Origin: Octopus sinensis
Taxonomy: Eukaryota
NCBI RefSeq assembly: GCF_006345805.1
Contig: NC_043003.1
Location: 72,292,001 to 72,356,000, forward strand
Length of the DNA stretch: 64,000 bases
Direction: 5' to 3'
How positions within the stretch are numbered: the stretch's first letter is position 1; each line of letters opens with the position of its first letter. Under the pieces are notes generated by a model that worked only from the letters and a program-made list of their open reading frames with translations, did not search any database and had not been told where the DNA came from. Shown piece after piece: positions 51,925 to 64,000 of this stretch. Both the position numbers and the translations under genes were made by a program.

Positions 51925-52203
51925 TGTGTGTGGAGGCACATGGCCTCGTGGGTTCGAATCTCAGAGCAGGCGATGTGTGTTTATGAGCAAAAGACCTAAG
52001 TCCCACGCGGCTCCGGCAGAAGGTAATGGTGAACTTCTGCTGACTCTTTAGCCACAACTTTCTCTCACTCTTTTCTCCTGCATCATGTTGCACACCTGCG
52101 ATGGACCGGCGTCCCGTCCTGATGGGGAACATATACACCAAGGAAACCGGGAAACCGACCCTTATGAGCAAGGCATGGCTCCAGACGGAACAAATAATAT
52201 ATA

Positions 52204-52249
<46 letters not shown>

Positions 52250-52509
52250 GCACACACACATACACATATATTATATCATCAATATTTTGCTTAGGCATTG
52301 CAAGACTAATAACCTGGCGTAGAATTCCAAATTAGTGAGTTTCAGATCAGATTGTTAGATGAGTGTACAGCGGTAATAAGAAAAATGAGATGACGAAGGA
52401 ATAATCGATTATTTCATGAACTTCATTAGCTTACACCTGTTTCTGTTATAAGATGCGAGGAGTGATACTTGAGTGCCTTAGTAATCTTATACCTTCCAAG
52501 CTATATATA

Positions 52510-52555
<46 letters not shown>

Positions 52556-52603
52556 GTATGTGATTGTTATGTGCATGAATGTATCATATATGCATGTATA
52601 TAT

Positions 52604-52985
52604 GCGCAGGAGTGGATGTGTGCTAAGTAGCTTGCTTACCAACCACATGGTTCCGGGTTCAGTCCCACTGCGTGGCACCTTGGGCAAGTGTCTTCTACTA
52701 TAGCCTCGGGTCGACCAAAGCCTTGAGAGTGGATTTGGTAGACGGAAACTGAAAGAAGCCCGTCGTATATATGTATATGTTTGTGTGTCTGTGTTTGTCC
52801 CCCCCCCCAACCAACATCGCTTGACAACTGATGGAGGTGTGCTTACGTCCCCGTCACTTCGCGATTCGGCAAGAGAGGCCGATAGAATAAGTACTAGGCT
52901 TCCAAAGAATAAGTCCTGGGGTCGATTTGCTCGAATAAAGGCGCTGCTCCAACATGGCCGCAGTCAAATGACAAACAAATAAAAG
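52604..52985 (+). mobile_element. Full-length SINE family A
   Basis: Same structure as 5238-5640; further degraded pieces at 53100-53415, 53660-53710 and 54735-54915. Confidence 0.92.
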
Positions 52986-54054
52986 AATATATATATGTAT
53001 GTCATAATGTATGTAATAAATGTGTAAGAGTATGTGTCTGTATCCATACATGTATGTATATATATGTGTATGCATGATGTATGTAAATATTTATGTATGA
53101 TGGTGCAGGCATGACTGCCAGTGGCAGTGTTAAGGTGTTTGTTTTGTAACCACTTGGTTTGGGGTTCAGTCCTATGGCAAGGCACCTTGGCAAGTGTCTT
53201 CTACTATAGTTCCGGACCTACCAATGCTTTGCAAGTGTCTTTAATGTCTTTGTTTTTGTCCCGCGCCACCACGGGGAGTAACATAGCGGTTCAGCAAGTT
53301 AGCGATAAAATAAGTATCAGGCGTAACAATTAGTACTGGGGTCCATTTGGTCATCAAAACCTTTCAACGCAGTGCTCTAGCATGACCGCAGTCCAATGAG
53401 TGAAGTAAGTAAAAGACAGAACTTATGGAAGAGTATAAATGTAATGTGGTTTGTTTTTGTTTTTTCATATGTCAGGCCAAAGCAGATGGCGCTTTCGACA
53501 ACTAGACAAGCCGTCATCGGTAGGTTTATCGTCTCCTCGGTATTGCCCTACGTCTACGAAACACAAACATTTTACTGTCTACTGGGCCACTTCTTTTCAA
53601 CTACAATCTCTTTGTCAAAATTTTGTCAGTTTTATAGTTTCATTCATTACAATGTATAACTAAAGGCGGTGCTCAAGCATGGCCGCAGTCAAATGAGTGA
53701 AACAAATAAAAGAATATATGTATGTCGTAATGTATGTAATAAATGTGTAAGAGCATGTGTCTCTGTGCATACATGTATGTATATATATATGTGTGTGCGG
53801 GAGAGAGAGGGTATAGAGAGATAGAGAGAGGAGGGAAAGAGATCACTTTATGTAACCCAGTACAATGTTAGATGATCAAATAGTCATGATTAAACTGATA
53901 CTGTTACCATACAGCAAGGACGCCCATTACAAACCCAACAGAAGAAAAGCAATAATTATCAAACGACAGGTGAACCCATTGTAGGCACAATAAATATCTA
54001 GCATTTGGTCAGGGACTTAGAAATTCTGAGCTGCTCTCTGATGCATTGTAATAC

Positions 54055-54288
54055 CTATTTCTTTACTACCCACAAGGGGTTAAACACAGAGAGGACAAAC
54101 AAGGACAGACAAACGGATTAAACCGATTATATCGACCCCAGTGCGTAACTGGTACTTATTTAATCGACCCCGAAAGGATGAAAGGCAAAGTCGACCTCGG
54201 CGGAATTTGAACTCAGAACGTAGCGACAGACGAAATACTGCTAAGCATTTCGCCCGGCGTGCTAACGTTTCTACCAGCTCGCCGCTTA
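54055..54288 (-). mobile_element. Full-length SINE family B
   Basis: Minus strand GCGGCGAGCTGGTAGAAACGTTAG..GAGTTCAAATTCC (A/B boxes)..TGTGGGTAGTAAAGAAATAG tail. Confidence 0.92.
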
Positions 54289-54916
54289 ACTTTTAACAAT
54301 GAATGATTCTTTGGAAAAGGATTTGGATGAGAGTGGTTCATAAGCTGCAAAAAGAAGCGGAAAATGCTTCAGTATCGATATTGTAGATGTGAGAGACAAA
54401 CTAAAGCTAAGATGGTAGAACAAATCCCCAGCGAGTATTAAAGATGTTTGTAGGTTATTTAGAATGGGTACAACTGCACTCAGCCTGGTGTAATGACTGC
54501 ATGGAATAATTTCGCAATGTCTGCATAGGAAAGGAAAAGTGGGTTACAGTGCAGGCCAAAATAACCCAGGCAATCCTTGCTGGCATTAATGCTGATTGGC
54601 AATGCTTGTAGGAGTGGTGCTGTAGGAAGATGCTGAACTCATCGTGACCTCCAGCTCGATAGCGGATGAAGGGAATGTTCGGCAGTACAAGTAGTATACA
54701 ATACAGATATGCGCGCGCAATCACACTCACAAACGCATACACATATAGATGCAGGAGTGTCTGTATTGTAAGAAGATTGCTTCCCAACCGCATAGCGTTG
54801 GGCTCAGTCCTATTACATGGTGTCTTGCGCAAATGTCATCTACTATAGCTTTGGGCCGACCAAAAACTTGTGAGAGTGGATTTGGGAGTCGGAAAATGGA
54901 AGAAGCCAAACCTGTA

Positions 54917-54956
<40 letters not shown>

Positions 54957-55419
54957 TGTGTGTGTGCGTGCGTGCGTGTGTGTGTGTATGCGTGCGCGTA
55001 TGTTTGGAAGTCAGCACGTGGCCGAGTATTATCCCTCCCCATACAAACGTTCAGTCTAAGAAGTTCCTGTCCATGAATATTTTTTGAGTGTATAAAGCGT
55101 TGCACTGTACTGAGCCCAATGAGCTATAAAACCAGAGGCACCGCAGTTGAGACGACCAGAAACCGACAGCTCTGCAGATTTTTTATACGAGCCTCCCTTC
55201 TTCTAGAAGGAAATTCTAACGGGAACGGGGGGGCCCTTCATTCCCAGTGGTTCACATACTAGTTAACCTATAGCTAGGACCCTGCGTATGATATAAACTG
55301 CATCTGGTAGTGGGGCCCTGGTACGAGATACCTGGAGTTTTGAAAATTGTAGAACCACTTCTTAGCTACTATAATTCTCAGGTCTACCGTGATCAGGATA
55401 TGTCAGGGACATACGGCCT

Positions 55420-55723
55420 GGCTCACCGTCAGTTACGACGACGAGTGTTCCACTTGATCCGATAAACGGAACAGCTTGCTCATGAAATTAACATGTAACC
55501 GGTTGAGCACTCCGCAGGCACTCGTACCCTTAGCGTAGTTCTCAAGGAGATTCAGTATGACACAAACTGTGACAAGTCTGGCCATTTGAATTACAGGTAC
55601 AGCCCATTCTTGACAGCAGACCGGACTGGATGAACGTGAAATAAAATGCCTTGCTCAAGGACACAACGAACTCACAAGCTTACAATCCTGAGCTGAATAA
55701 CCTAACCACTAAGTCATGAGCCG
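55420..55723 (-). mobile_element. SINE family D
   Basis: Paralog of 23609-23919 (GTTACGACGACGAG..CGTACCCTTAGCGTAGTTCTC). Confidence 0.85.
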
Positions 55724-55739
55724 TCACAATAGAAAGCAC

Positions 55740-56270
55740 TATCCTGGCGAAAACAGCTATAGGGAGTTCGTCTATATGCTGTGTTGACTGACTGGAAATT
55801 GGAAAGTGGATATGTATGGGGGATCATGGAAAGGTGGGCGGATGAAAGAAAGGTGTGGAGGGTGCTAGGAAACACTAAGTCACGTAGGTTATGGGCACCC
55901 TTAAATGAGGGGAGTGGATAATGGGGAAAGGAGGAATATGGTAGATTTAGACTGAAGGAGGTGGACTGCACGTAAGATCATAGGTTGGACAGTAGAGGGT
56001 GATAGGGAGAAATGGAAAGGCAAAGGTTTGCAGCTGGGAGCGGGAGAAGTAGGAGGTAAAGACAGAGGAGCACTCGACTTGGTACACTCGGGTGAGGGCG
56101 ACTGTCACTAGGGTGGGGATATTTCTGTCGAATAAAAGACAGGTCCATGTATTGGGAGCAAACCCACCTGAGAAAGAGAAGCAATTATAGGTGAGCACTA
56201 GTAAAGTGGAAGATGGTGCGATAGTTGAAGAAGTGTAGAAGAGCCAGAAGATGAGAGAGCGGGATTTGTA
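55740..56270 (-). mobile_element. Heavily deleted Neptune-type Penelope fragment
   Basis: LVLTYNCFSF and PLPSFKGAHNLRDLV echo LTLNCF and PLSSFKRTRNLRDLLV of the 35900-37560 element. Confidence 0.65.
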
Positions 56271-57136
56271 GTTATATGTGTGTGCGTGTGTATGCATGTA
56301 TGCATGTATGTATGTATGCATGTATGTATGTATGTATGTATGTATGTATGTATGTATGTATGTATGTATGTATGTATGTATGTATGTATGTATGTATGTA
56401 TACATCCCTATCACTTTTTACAGATATCTCTACAGATTTTCTACAGAAATTAGAGTCAGCACTGACAATTACGACGTTTAGTATACGAATACGTCTATGT
56501 AAAAAATGGGATCGAAAATAGAAAAATAGGTAATACTTATCTATGTATCATGCTTAATGTATATACGCCAATGATAAGCAAGTTATCCTAGATAAAGTTG
56601 CCTAAGGACATGCTGTGTTGTATAACGGATGGAAAGTGAAAATCGACCCGGTAGGTGTTTGTGAAATTACCGGATGCATTCCGGTCTCATTGGCCATGTT
56701 AATGACGGGTACTTTCAGCCAACCACGTCCAGGGCTTCCAATATAAGAAACAGCGAATAATACATTCATTGGTATTGCGAATAGCCGTCGAACTGAGTAA
56801 TAATCCTGTGTACACAATTGAAAGAGTATTAAAATTTAATAGCCATCTATGTATCATATCTAACATATATACACTGTTCGCAGGCATGTTTAGGCGATTT
56901 TTTGTATGAGACAAAATTTGTTATGGACAGCCTGGCGACATTTTGCAGCAGCACCATTCGATGAATTATTCACAGTTTATATGTCAGAAGCAACAAATCT
57001 TGTGTAGGAATCTGACTGTGATTATGCATCATTCACACGGTCCAACAAGATCGAAATGCATCTGGCTCCCTCGCTAGCCACTGCCGAAGTGATTTTTCAT
57101 CTCCTTTCGATGTATGTATGTATGTATGTATGTATG

Positions 57137-57167
<31 letters not shown>

Positions 57168-58749
57168 TGTATGTATGTATGTAATGTATGTATGTAAGTA
57201 TGTATGTATGTATTTCGCACTTTTTGGCTTATCAACATCACGCTGTGGTTTTGTATATTTGTATATGGTCATAGACTGGCGATTCAGTTCGTCCCGGATT
57301 CGATTCAGGTACGTGAAGCTAAAAAACAAAAAAAAAATGGTGAAATATTGGTAACCATCGCTGCAGAATGGGATTGGAGAGGAATTGTCTCGCCTGTCTA
57401 TGACTTCAGATCTATCAGGGACTCGTCCCCAAAGTGCTATACCGAACGAGAAAAACACACACACTGATTATGAGCGGTTGATAATATGTGTGTGTGTGTG
57501 TATATATATATATGTATATGGTATTTTATATAAGCTTAAAGCGGAGCACCGTGCAAATGACTAAGGAAAATAGTCTAATAATGGGGCATATAAGCCCTCG
57601 AAAGAAAAAAAGTAGGATATCCCGTACGCGTTGGACTCGAACCAAAATCCCTTTGTTAACACGACTAAGTGCGTTACCGATTATACCAGCGAACCAGCCT
57701 GCTCCTTACTATCAAATAGAAGAACTATATTAGTTCGTAGTTGTCTTTGTAAACACACTTTATGTGCTTTTGGTGCGAATGGTTTTTTAAAAGGTATTTT
57801 TATATAAGCTTCAAGCTTATAGCAATCATCGTGCTCGACATCGCGTAACAAAACCATTCGCAACGAAAGCACATAAAATTTGTTTAAAAAAAGACAAGAG
57901 AACTATTAGAATGACCATTAAATAAGGGGAAAAAACCGCAGGGGAGAAAGTAAAAAAGTAAAGAAGTAAAAATGCTCATAGAAATTGCGCATGCGTGCAT
58001 GTACAACCAAATATGCACACATACACACCAGCGTGCATGTGCATATGCCCACTCACACTCGCGTGAAATACATGCGTGTACATGCACCTATATATGCAAC
58101 CTGTACATGCACCTGTATATGCAACCATGCATGTACACGTATACATATCCTCCCACATGTGCGAACACACACACATGTGCACATATCCATACGCACACAG
58201 TTATATTCAAATACACGTCTAAAATACGCACATGCTATATATGCGTATGCTCACACGCACTCGCGTGAATCGACTGCATATACACCCACATATATATGCA
58301 ACCATACACATGTACATATACATGTACATATTTACATACCCGCGCACACACACACATTTGTATATACCCGTGCGCGCACAAAAATGTTCATATACATGCC
58401 TATATACGCACATGCACAAGAAAAATGCAGGGTGAAAGGTTTATACAGAAAAACGTGTAAAAATATAGAAAGCAATAAAAATAGAAATACATATATATAA
58501 ATATGTAAAAAAATATATATATATAAAATGCTTGTACATGGACACAATATAAAAAGCATGTTCTATATAGCTGGCCTTAAAATTCCCCTCTGTGAGACCC
58601 ACATAGTTCTTTGACGAAACTAAGTGGGTGTGCATGTATGTGTTTCACGGTTATTCTAATAGCTCTCTTGTCTTAATAACGGTCAATTACATAGCAATTT
58701 CCCTTTGTTTAACGGCCATTTTTATATAATTTTTTTATAGCCGCGATAC

Positions 58750-58800
58750 CTGACGAGATGCCGGGGCAGTTTTCCGCCCCGACATCGGAAACTCGGAGTC
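58750..58800 (+). ncRNA. Hammerhead-like motif in the upstream pLTR
   Basis: CTGACGA GATGCCGGGGC agttttcc GCCCCGACATC G GAAA CTCGGAG TC: strong stem II; stem I partner missing. Confidence 0.65.
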
Positions 58801-61030
58801 GACAGGTTTAAAGCCATTAAGAATAATAATAAAGCGAGATTTACGCAATTCGATATTGTCGACTTTTATGCCTCTATCTCTAAGGAACTGCTAGATAATG
58901 CCCTCACCTTCGCCAGCGAATTTATAGAAATTAGTACACAAGATAAGGACATAATCTTCCGTGCTAGAAAGAGTTTACTCTTCAGTGAGAATGCAGAGTG
59001 GGTCAAGACTACCGATACAGACGGTGCTTTCGATGTGAGCATAGGGTCATATGACAGAGCAGGCATATGAGATTTCATTGGACTATTCCTACTCGATACG
59101 TTGGGTAAGACTTTTCATGGTGTATATTTCGCCATTTACAAAGATGTTGCCCTAGATTTAACCGCAAATACCAATGGACCAACACAAGATCGGTTTAGGA
59201 ACGACATTATTCAAAAGATGAAAACTTTCGGTCTTAGCATAACTACAGTTGTCAATTTCCTAGATGTATCCTCAGATCTAAATAAGTATATTGATAAACA
59301 TTATAAGAAACCCAACGATATGGGTTCCTGCCATCTCCCCATAGTGTTAAAAAATTTAGTTACAAGCATTGGCAAAAGAATTTCTAGCCTCCCCTCCGAT
59401 GGGAACATTTTTAATAGCGTTGCTCCAGATAGTGGTTTTAGCGAGGAAATAACCTATACACCTGTCTGTTACCAGTCAAATAATAAAGGAAAAGAAACAT
59501 AGGAATGGGAAAACCATCTGGTTCACACCCCCTACTCCCCCGAAGTCACCTTTAATATAGGTAAGTATTTCTTAGCACTGATAGATAGACATTTTCCAGT
59601 CAACCTTAGTTACAGAAAGCTCTTCAATAGACATAACTTAAAAATCAGTTTCAGCTCAACTACTAATTTTCAAAATATAATCGCACACAACACATAAAAA
59701 CCACAAAATGAAACCAGCTGTTCATGTTGGGATAAAAATTTGCGCCCGCTAAATGGAGCCTGCATATCCGATACCAACATTTATGAAGCCACCGTAGACT
59801 CTACAACCACTAAGGACACAGTTTCGACAAAGAAATATGTGGGTGTTACAGAGGGGAATTTCAAGGCCAGGTTCAACAATCACACCTTGAGCTTCAGGCA
59901 CTGGCATAAAAGTCACATATGGTCCACAAAAGATAAAGGTGTCAGTTACAACATTCATTGGAAGATCTTAGCCAAGTGTAAGCCCTGCACCAATGGCAGT
60001 AGAAAGTGCGGTTTTTTAGGATATGGAAAGATGGTTCATCTGGAAAAGCAGCTTCGATCCCGCTACACGTCCAAATTCAAGAGCTGAACTATATGGATCA
60101 TGTCCACATATGGCTAAATATTTGTTACGTTTTTGCCCCTCCCCACAAGATCACAGATAGAACCTGCTTTTTATATTATGTCCACATGCAAGCATTATGT
60201 TTCTCTATACTTTTTATATATACTTCTTATACATTTTTATATATTTTTTACATATTTATAGAGATTTAATTTTATTGCTTTATATATTTTTACTCATTTT
60301 TCCTGCATTTTACCTTCCACCCTGCATTTTTCTTGTGCATGGGCGTATATAGACATGTATATGAATTTTTTGTGCGCGTGTGTGCGGGTATGTATATATG
60401 TATATGTATATGTACATGTGTATGGCTGCATATATACGTGGGTGTAAATGCGAGCGTTCTACGCGAGAGTGAGTATATGCATATACACCATGTACGTATT
60501 TTAGACGTGCATTTGAATATAACTGTGCGCGTATGTGCACGTGTGTGTGTGCAGATATACATATGTGTACATCGTGCGTGTGTGTGCGCGTGTGTGCGGG
60601 TCTGTATATATGTACATGCATATGTAAATGTGTATGGTTGCATGTATGTGTGGTTGTACATGCATGTGTTCCACACGAGTGTGAGCAAGCATATAGCATG
60701 TGCGTATTTTTAACTGTGCGCGTATGGGTATGTACACGTGTGTGTGTATGGATTTATATACGTGTACACGCATGGTTGCATATATATATGTACATCTATT
60801 TGGCGTATGTGTAGGTGCGCAGTGAGCATATGCATACAGGTATATGTACGTGGGTGTGCGTGCGCGCATACGCGATTGCCTTGAGCATTTTCACTCCATT
60901 GCTTTTTACTTCGGCTTTTCCCCTTATTTAGCGGTCATTCTAATTGCTCTTTTCTCTTAATAACAGTCAATTACATAGTAATTTCCCTTTGTTTAACGGT
61001 AATTTTCATAGCATATTTTTCAATGGCCTC

Positions 61031-61091
61031 GATAACTGAAGAGATGCCGAAGCAGGTTTCCACCCCAACATACGAAACTCGGAGTCTTATT
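61031..61091 (+). ncRNA. Hammerhead-like motif in the downstream pLTR
   Basis: GATAA CTGAAGA GATG..CATAC GAAA CTCGGAG TC TTATT: stem I GATAA/TTATT and GUC triplet present; stem II eroded. Confidence 0.65.
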
Positions 61092-61314
61092 ATGACAGCC
61101 GAATAATTGTCACATTATATGTATATATATATATATATATATAAATCCGTGCAGCACGGATTTTTGTCAGTGAACAGGTCGCGGTCTTTTAGCGACTAAA
61201 TATTTTGACAAATTAAACTTAAATGCTCAAGTGAATTGAACGGCTTTTGTGTGTTTCTTAAATGGCTTACAAACACCTTCCACGCTGCAATTGTTATATA
61301 TATATATATATATA

Positions 61315-61600
61315 TCACCTTGACCGTGACCGTGACCGACCAGGCTATCAGATGTTGCTACACATCGCTGGTCACAATGCACTTCGCATTGTTTTAGCCT
61401 TCAAATGACGCCACCCTGCTGGCTAAGCGAGCAGGCCAACAGAAGAAAGAGTGAGAGAAAGTTGTGGCGAAAGAGTACAGCAGGGTTCGCCACCCCCCCC
61501 TGCCGGAGCCTCGTGGAGATTTAGGTGTTTCCCTCAATAAACACTCACAACGCCCGATCTGGGAATCGAAACCGCGATCCTCCGACCGCGAGTCCATGCC
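61315..61600 (-). mobile_element. SINE family C
   Basis: Paralog of 48964-49276. Confidence 0.88.
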
Positions 61601-61607
61601 CATATAT

Positions 61608-61661
<54 letters not shown>

Positions 61662-61764
61662 AACATTGTTGTTTCTAAATCTCTCAACGCGAGATATTTA
61701 GTAGCAGCACTATACAGTAACGATTATCTGCCAACCTCACGTGGAAGTCCCGTTTAGTGGCTAA

Positions 61765-62313
61765 TGCTACTGTTGTTTAGCCCCACGAGACAGCATCCCC
61801 AGCTGGATGTACGACACAGGTTCTTTGTCCTTATATTTTCGAACAAGGGAAGTTGGCACCCCCACCCAGAACAAAGCAGTATCTGTGGGCCGTACGGTTT
61901 CAGGGTTATTTCCCTTCGCCGGCACAGAATAACTCTTTGGGTCAGATGGCGCTGCTAAACACCCGTTCGAAAATACATATAATTTTCTAAGTGACTCACA
62001 GTCACTGGTCTAATATCTGAATATGTCTCGTTGAGAGATTTAGGAACAACAATGTTTCGATTTATTAGATCAGTGGCTGTGAGTTACTTAAAAAATTATA
62101 TATATTTTCGAACGGGCGTTTTGCAGCGCCGTCTCAGCCACGAAGTATAGTCTGTGCCGACGAAGGGAAATAATCCTGAAACCGTATGGTCCACAGATAC
62201 GGCTTTGTTCTGGCTGGGGGTGCTAACCTCCCCTGTTCCCCAAAATATAAGGATACAGATTGTGAGTCGTGTAGCCAGCTGGATAAGATGTCTCCTGGGG
62301 CAAGACAACAGTA
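61765..62313. repeat. Inverted repeat (arms of about 250 bp, 46-bp spacer) with a hammerhead-like motif in each arm
   Basis: 62151-62197 reads TCTGTG CCGACGA AGGG aaataa TCCT GAAA CCGTATGG TC CACAGA; the mirror copy is at 61882-61928 on the minus strand. Confidence 0.85.
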
Positions 62314-62369
62314 GAATTTGCCCCTAAACAGGACTGCGACATTAGGTTGGTAAATAATCGTTACTTCAT

Positions 62370-62379
62370 ATACATATAC

Positions 62380-62436
<57 letters not shown>

Positions 62437-62465
62437 CATATATGCACATATATATATACACATAA

Positions 62466-62496
<31 letters not shown>

Positions 62497-63070
62497 TATA
62501 TACATATACATACATATATATTAGTATATATATACATATACATACATATATATTAGTATATATATACATGTATATATATATATTATATATAATATATTAT
62601 ATATACTATATATATACATATATATACATATATATATACATAGTATATATTATACATAGAGAAATTATTATGTATATACTTAGAGACATACGCACAAATA
62701 TACTTATATATATATATATATATTACATGCATATATGTAAACAGAAATATATATATATACATATATGTGCACATAAATATATATATATATATTATATATA
62801 TATATATACATATATATATGTACACATAAATAAATATATACATATATATTACACATTAATATATATACATATATATATATATGTATATATATATACATAC
62901 ACATATATACTTATATATATATATATATATAAGTATATATATATAAGTATATATATATATAATATGTATATACATTGATACACGCACATATATACATATA
63001 TATATATATATATTATATATATATATAATATATATACATACATACATATAGATATATTCAAAACAGACAT
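62370..63070. repeat. Degenerate (TA)n/(TATAC)-rich low-complexity tract
   Basis: Read directly from the sequence. Confidence 0.97.
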
Positions 63071-63174
63071 AGAGGTAGATACACAAACATATGCATATCA
63101 GGAGATTTACGGATATGATCCAAAGAATTTCTGATGTGTTTGAATCTATTTCAGTGCGTATATATATATATGTG

Positions 63175-63900
63175 TTCGGTTTGTCCTTACACAGAGGCCA
63201 TCCGGATTCCCGTTTGCGCCGTGAACAGGAATTAATCTTCTCTCTTCGCTCTTATACGCCATTTGGTCTCAACTCTCCCCCCCCTCCTCATCTAACCCCC
63301 TCCCCCCTCACCTATCCTTTCTCCCCCCGACCCCTACTTCTTCAGTCCTTCATCCTTTCACCCCTACTCCCCTTCCCTTCTTCCCTCTTTCTCCCTCCCT
63401 CTTCCCCTTCCCTCTGCTCCCTCTCTCCCCTTCCTTCTCCCCCATCCTCTCCTCTTCCCCCTTCTCCTCCCCCTCTTCTTCCCCTCCCCTTCTCTCCCCC
63501 TCTTCTCCCCCTCCCCCTCTTCTCCTCACTACACCACATGACTTTACACATCACATCACATATGATGTGCCATACTAATACACACACCAACTAATACATA
63601 CTAATACGTACTAATACATACTAGTACATACTAATACTTACACCAACCCTATACATACACACGTCCAGACCCCGCATACGCACTTATACTCTCTCACACA
63701 CACACACACCTATACATACCAATACGTACTAATACATACTAATACATACTAATACATACACCAACCTATACATACACACGTCCAGACCCCGCATACGCAC
63801 TTATACTCTCTCACACACACACACACCCTTATACATACTAATACATACACCAACCTATACATACACACATCCAGACCCCTCCCACGCACTTTTAGCTGGT
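63175..63900 (+). mobile_element. 3' end of a Neptune-type Penelope element with a pyrimidine tract and tandem repeats of about 120 bp
   Basis: [32 protein letters not shown] parallels GLAPHNGPPQSRLHLEQRFIFTLQTNTPHGLN; the unit CATACACACGTCCAGACCCCGCATACGCAC is repeated at 63655-63890. Confidence 0.8.
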
Positions 63901-64000
63901 CCCTCAACCCTTTTATCAACCCTATTATCTCCCCTTATTTCGCTCTCGCGTCTCATGTTTGATCTTTGACCTCTGGCCGAAATCAGATCGCCATGTTGAT

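Larger units (their letters stand above)
57880..61095 (+). mobile_element. Penelope-like element: inverted upstream copy, partial pLTR, truncated RT-EN body, 3' pLTR
   Basis: RT from 58801 (RFTQFDIVDFYASISKELL..FDVSIGSYD), EN KYVGVTEGNFKARFNNHTLSF; direct repeats 58660-58800 and 60945-61090; 57880-58620 is an inverted, deleted copy of EN plus 3' region. Confidence 0.9.

Noticed and set aside
56600-56990. Short minus-strand ORFs in unique sequence (DYYSVRRLFAIPMNVLFAV..)
   Set aside because: No recognisable domain and only weak splice signals; cannot be supported without expression data.
61882-62197. A-to-G/T-to-C differences between inverted arms as a fossil of ADAR editing
   Set aside because: Too few sites, and equally explained by CpG decay and ordinary transitions.
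63586-63890. Repeat units with spacers resembling a CRISPR array
   Set aside because: Eukaryotic context, the units are whole tandem duplications without unique spacers, and there are no cas genes.

Overview
AT-rich eukaryotic DNA dominated by microsatellites ((TA)n, (CA)n, (TATC)n, (TATG)n, (GAA)n, (TAA/TGA)n) and transposon remnants. The repeat content (several tRNA-derived SINE families, Penelope-like elements, R4/Dong, L1/Tx1 and CR1 LINEs, Tc1/mariner) looks like octopus intronic or intergenic DNA; this is inferred from repeat families, not from a search. Only one host coding exon is credible (26716-27248, minus strand, cysteine spacing like an anaphylatoxin/fibulin module). Most ORF-track entries are translations of microsatellites. 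The most notable signals are: (i) about 15 minimal type I hammerhead-ribozyme-like motifs tied to Penelope pseudo-LTRs and fold-back repeats, a few with intact cores; (ii) a near full-length R4/Dong LINE in a TAA tract with a degenerate hammerhead-like fold at its 5' end; (iii) an L1/Tx1 derivative inserted into a SINE head with a 15-bp target-site duplication; (iv) a SINE family that shares its 3' tail with a Tx1 LINE. All boundaries were read by eye and are approximate.
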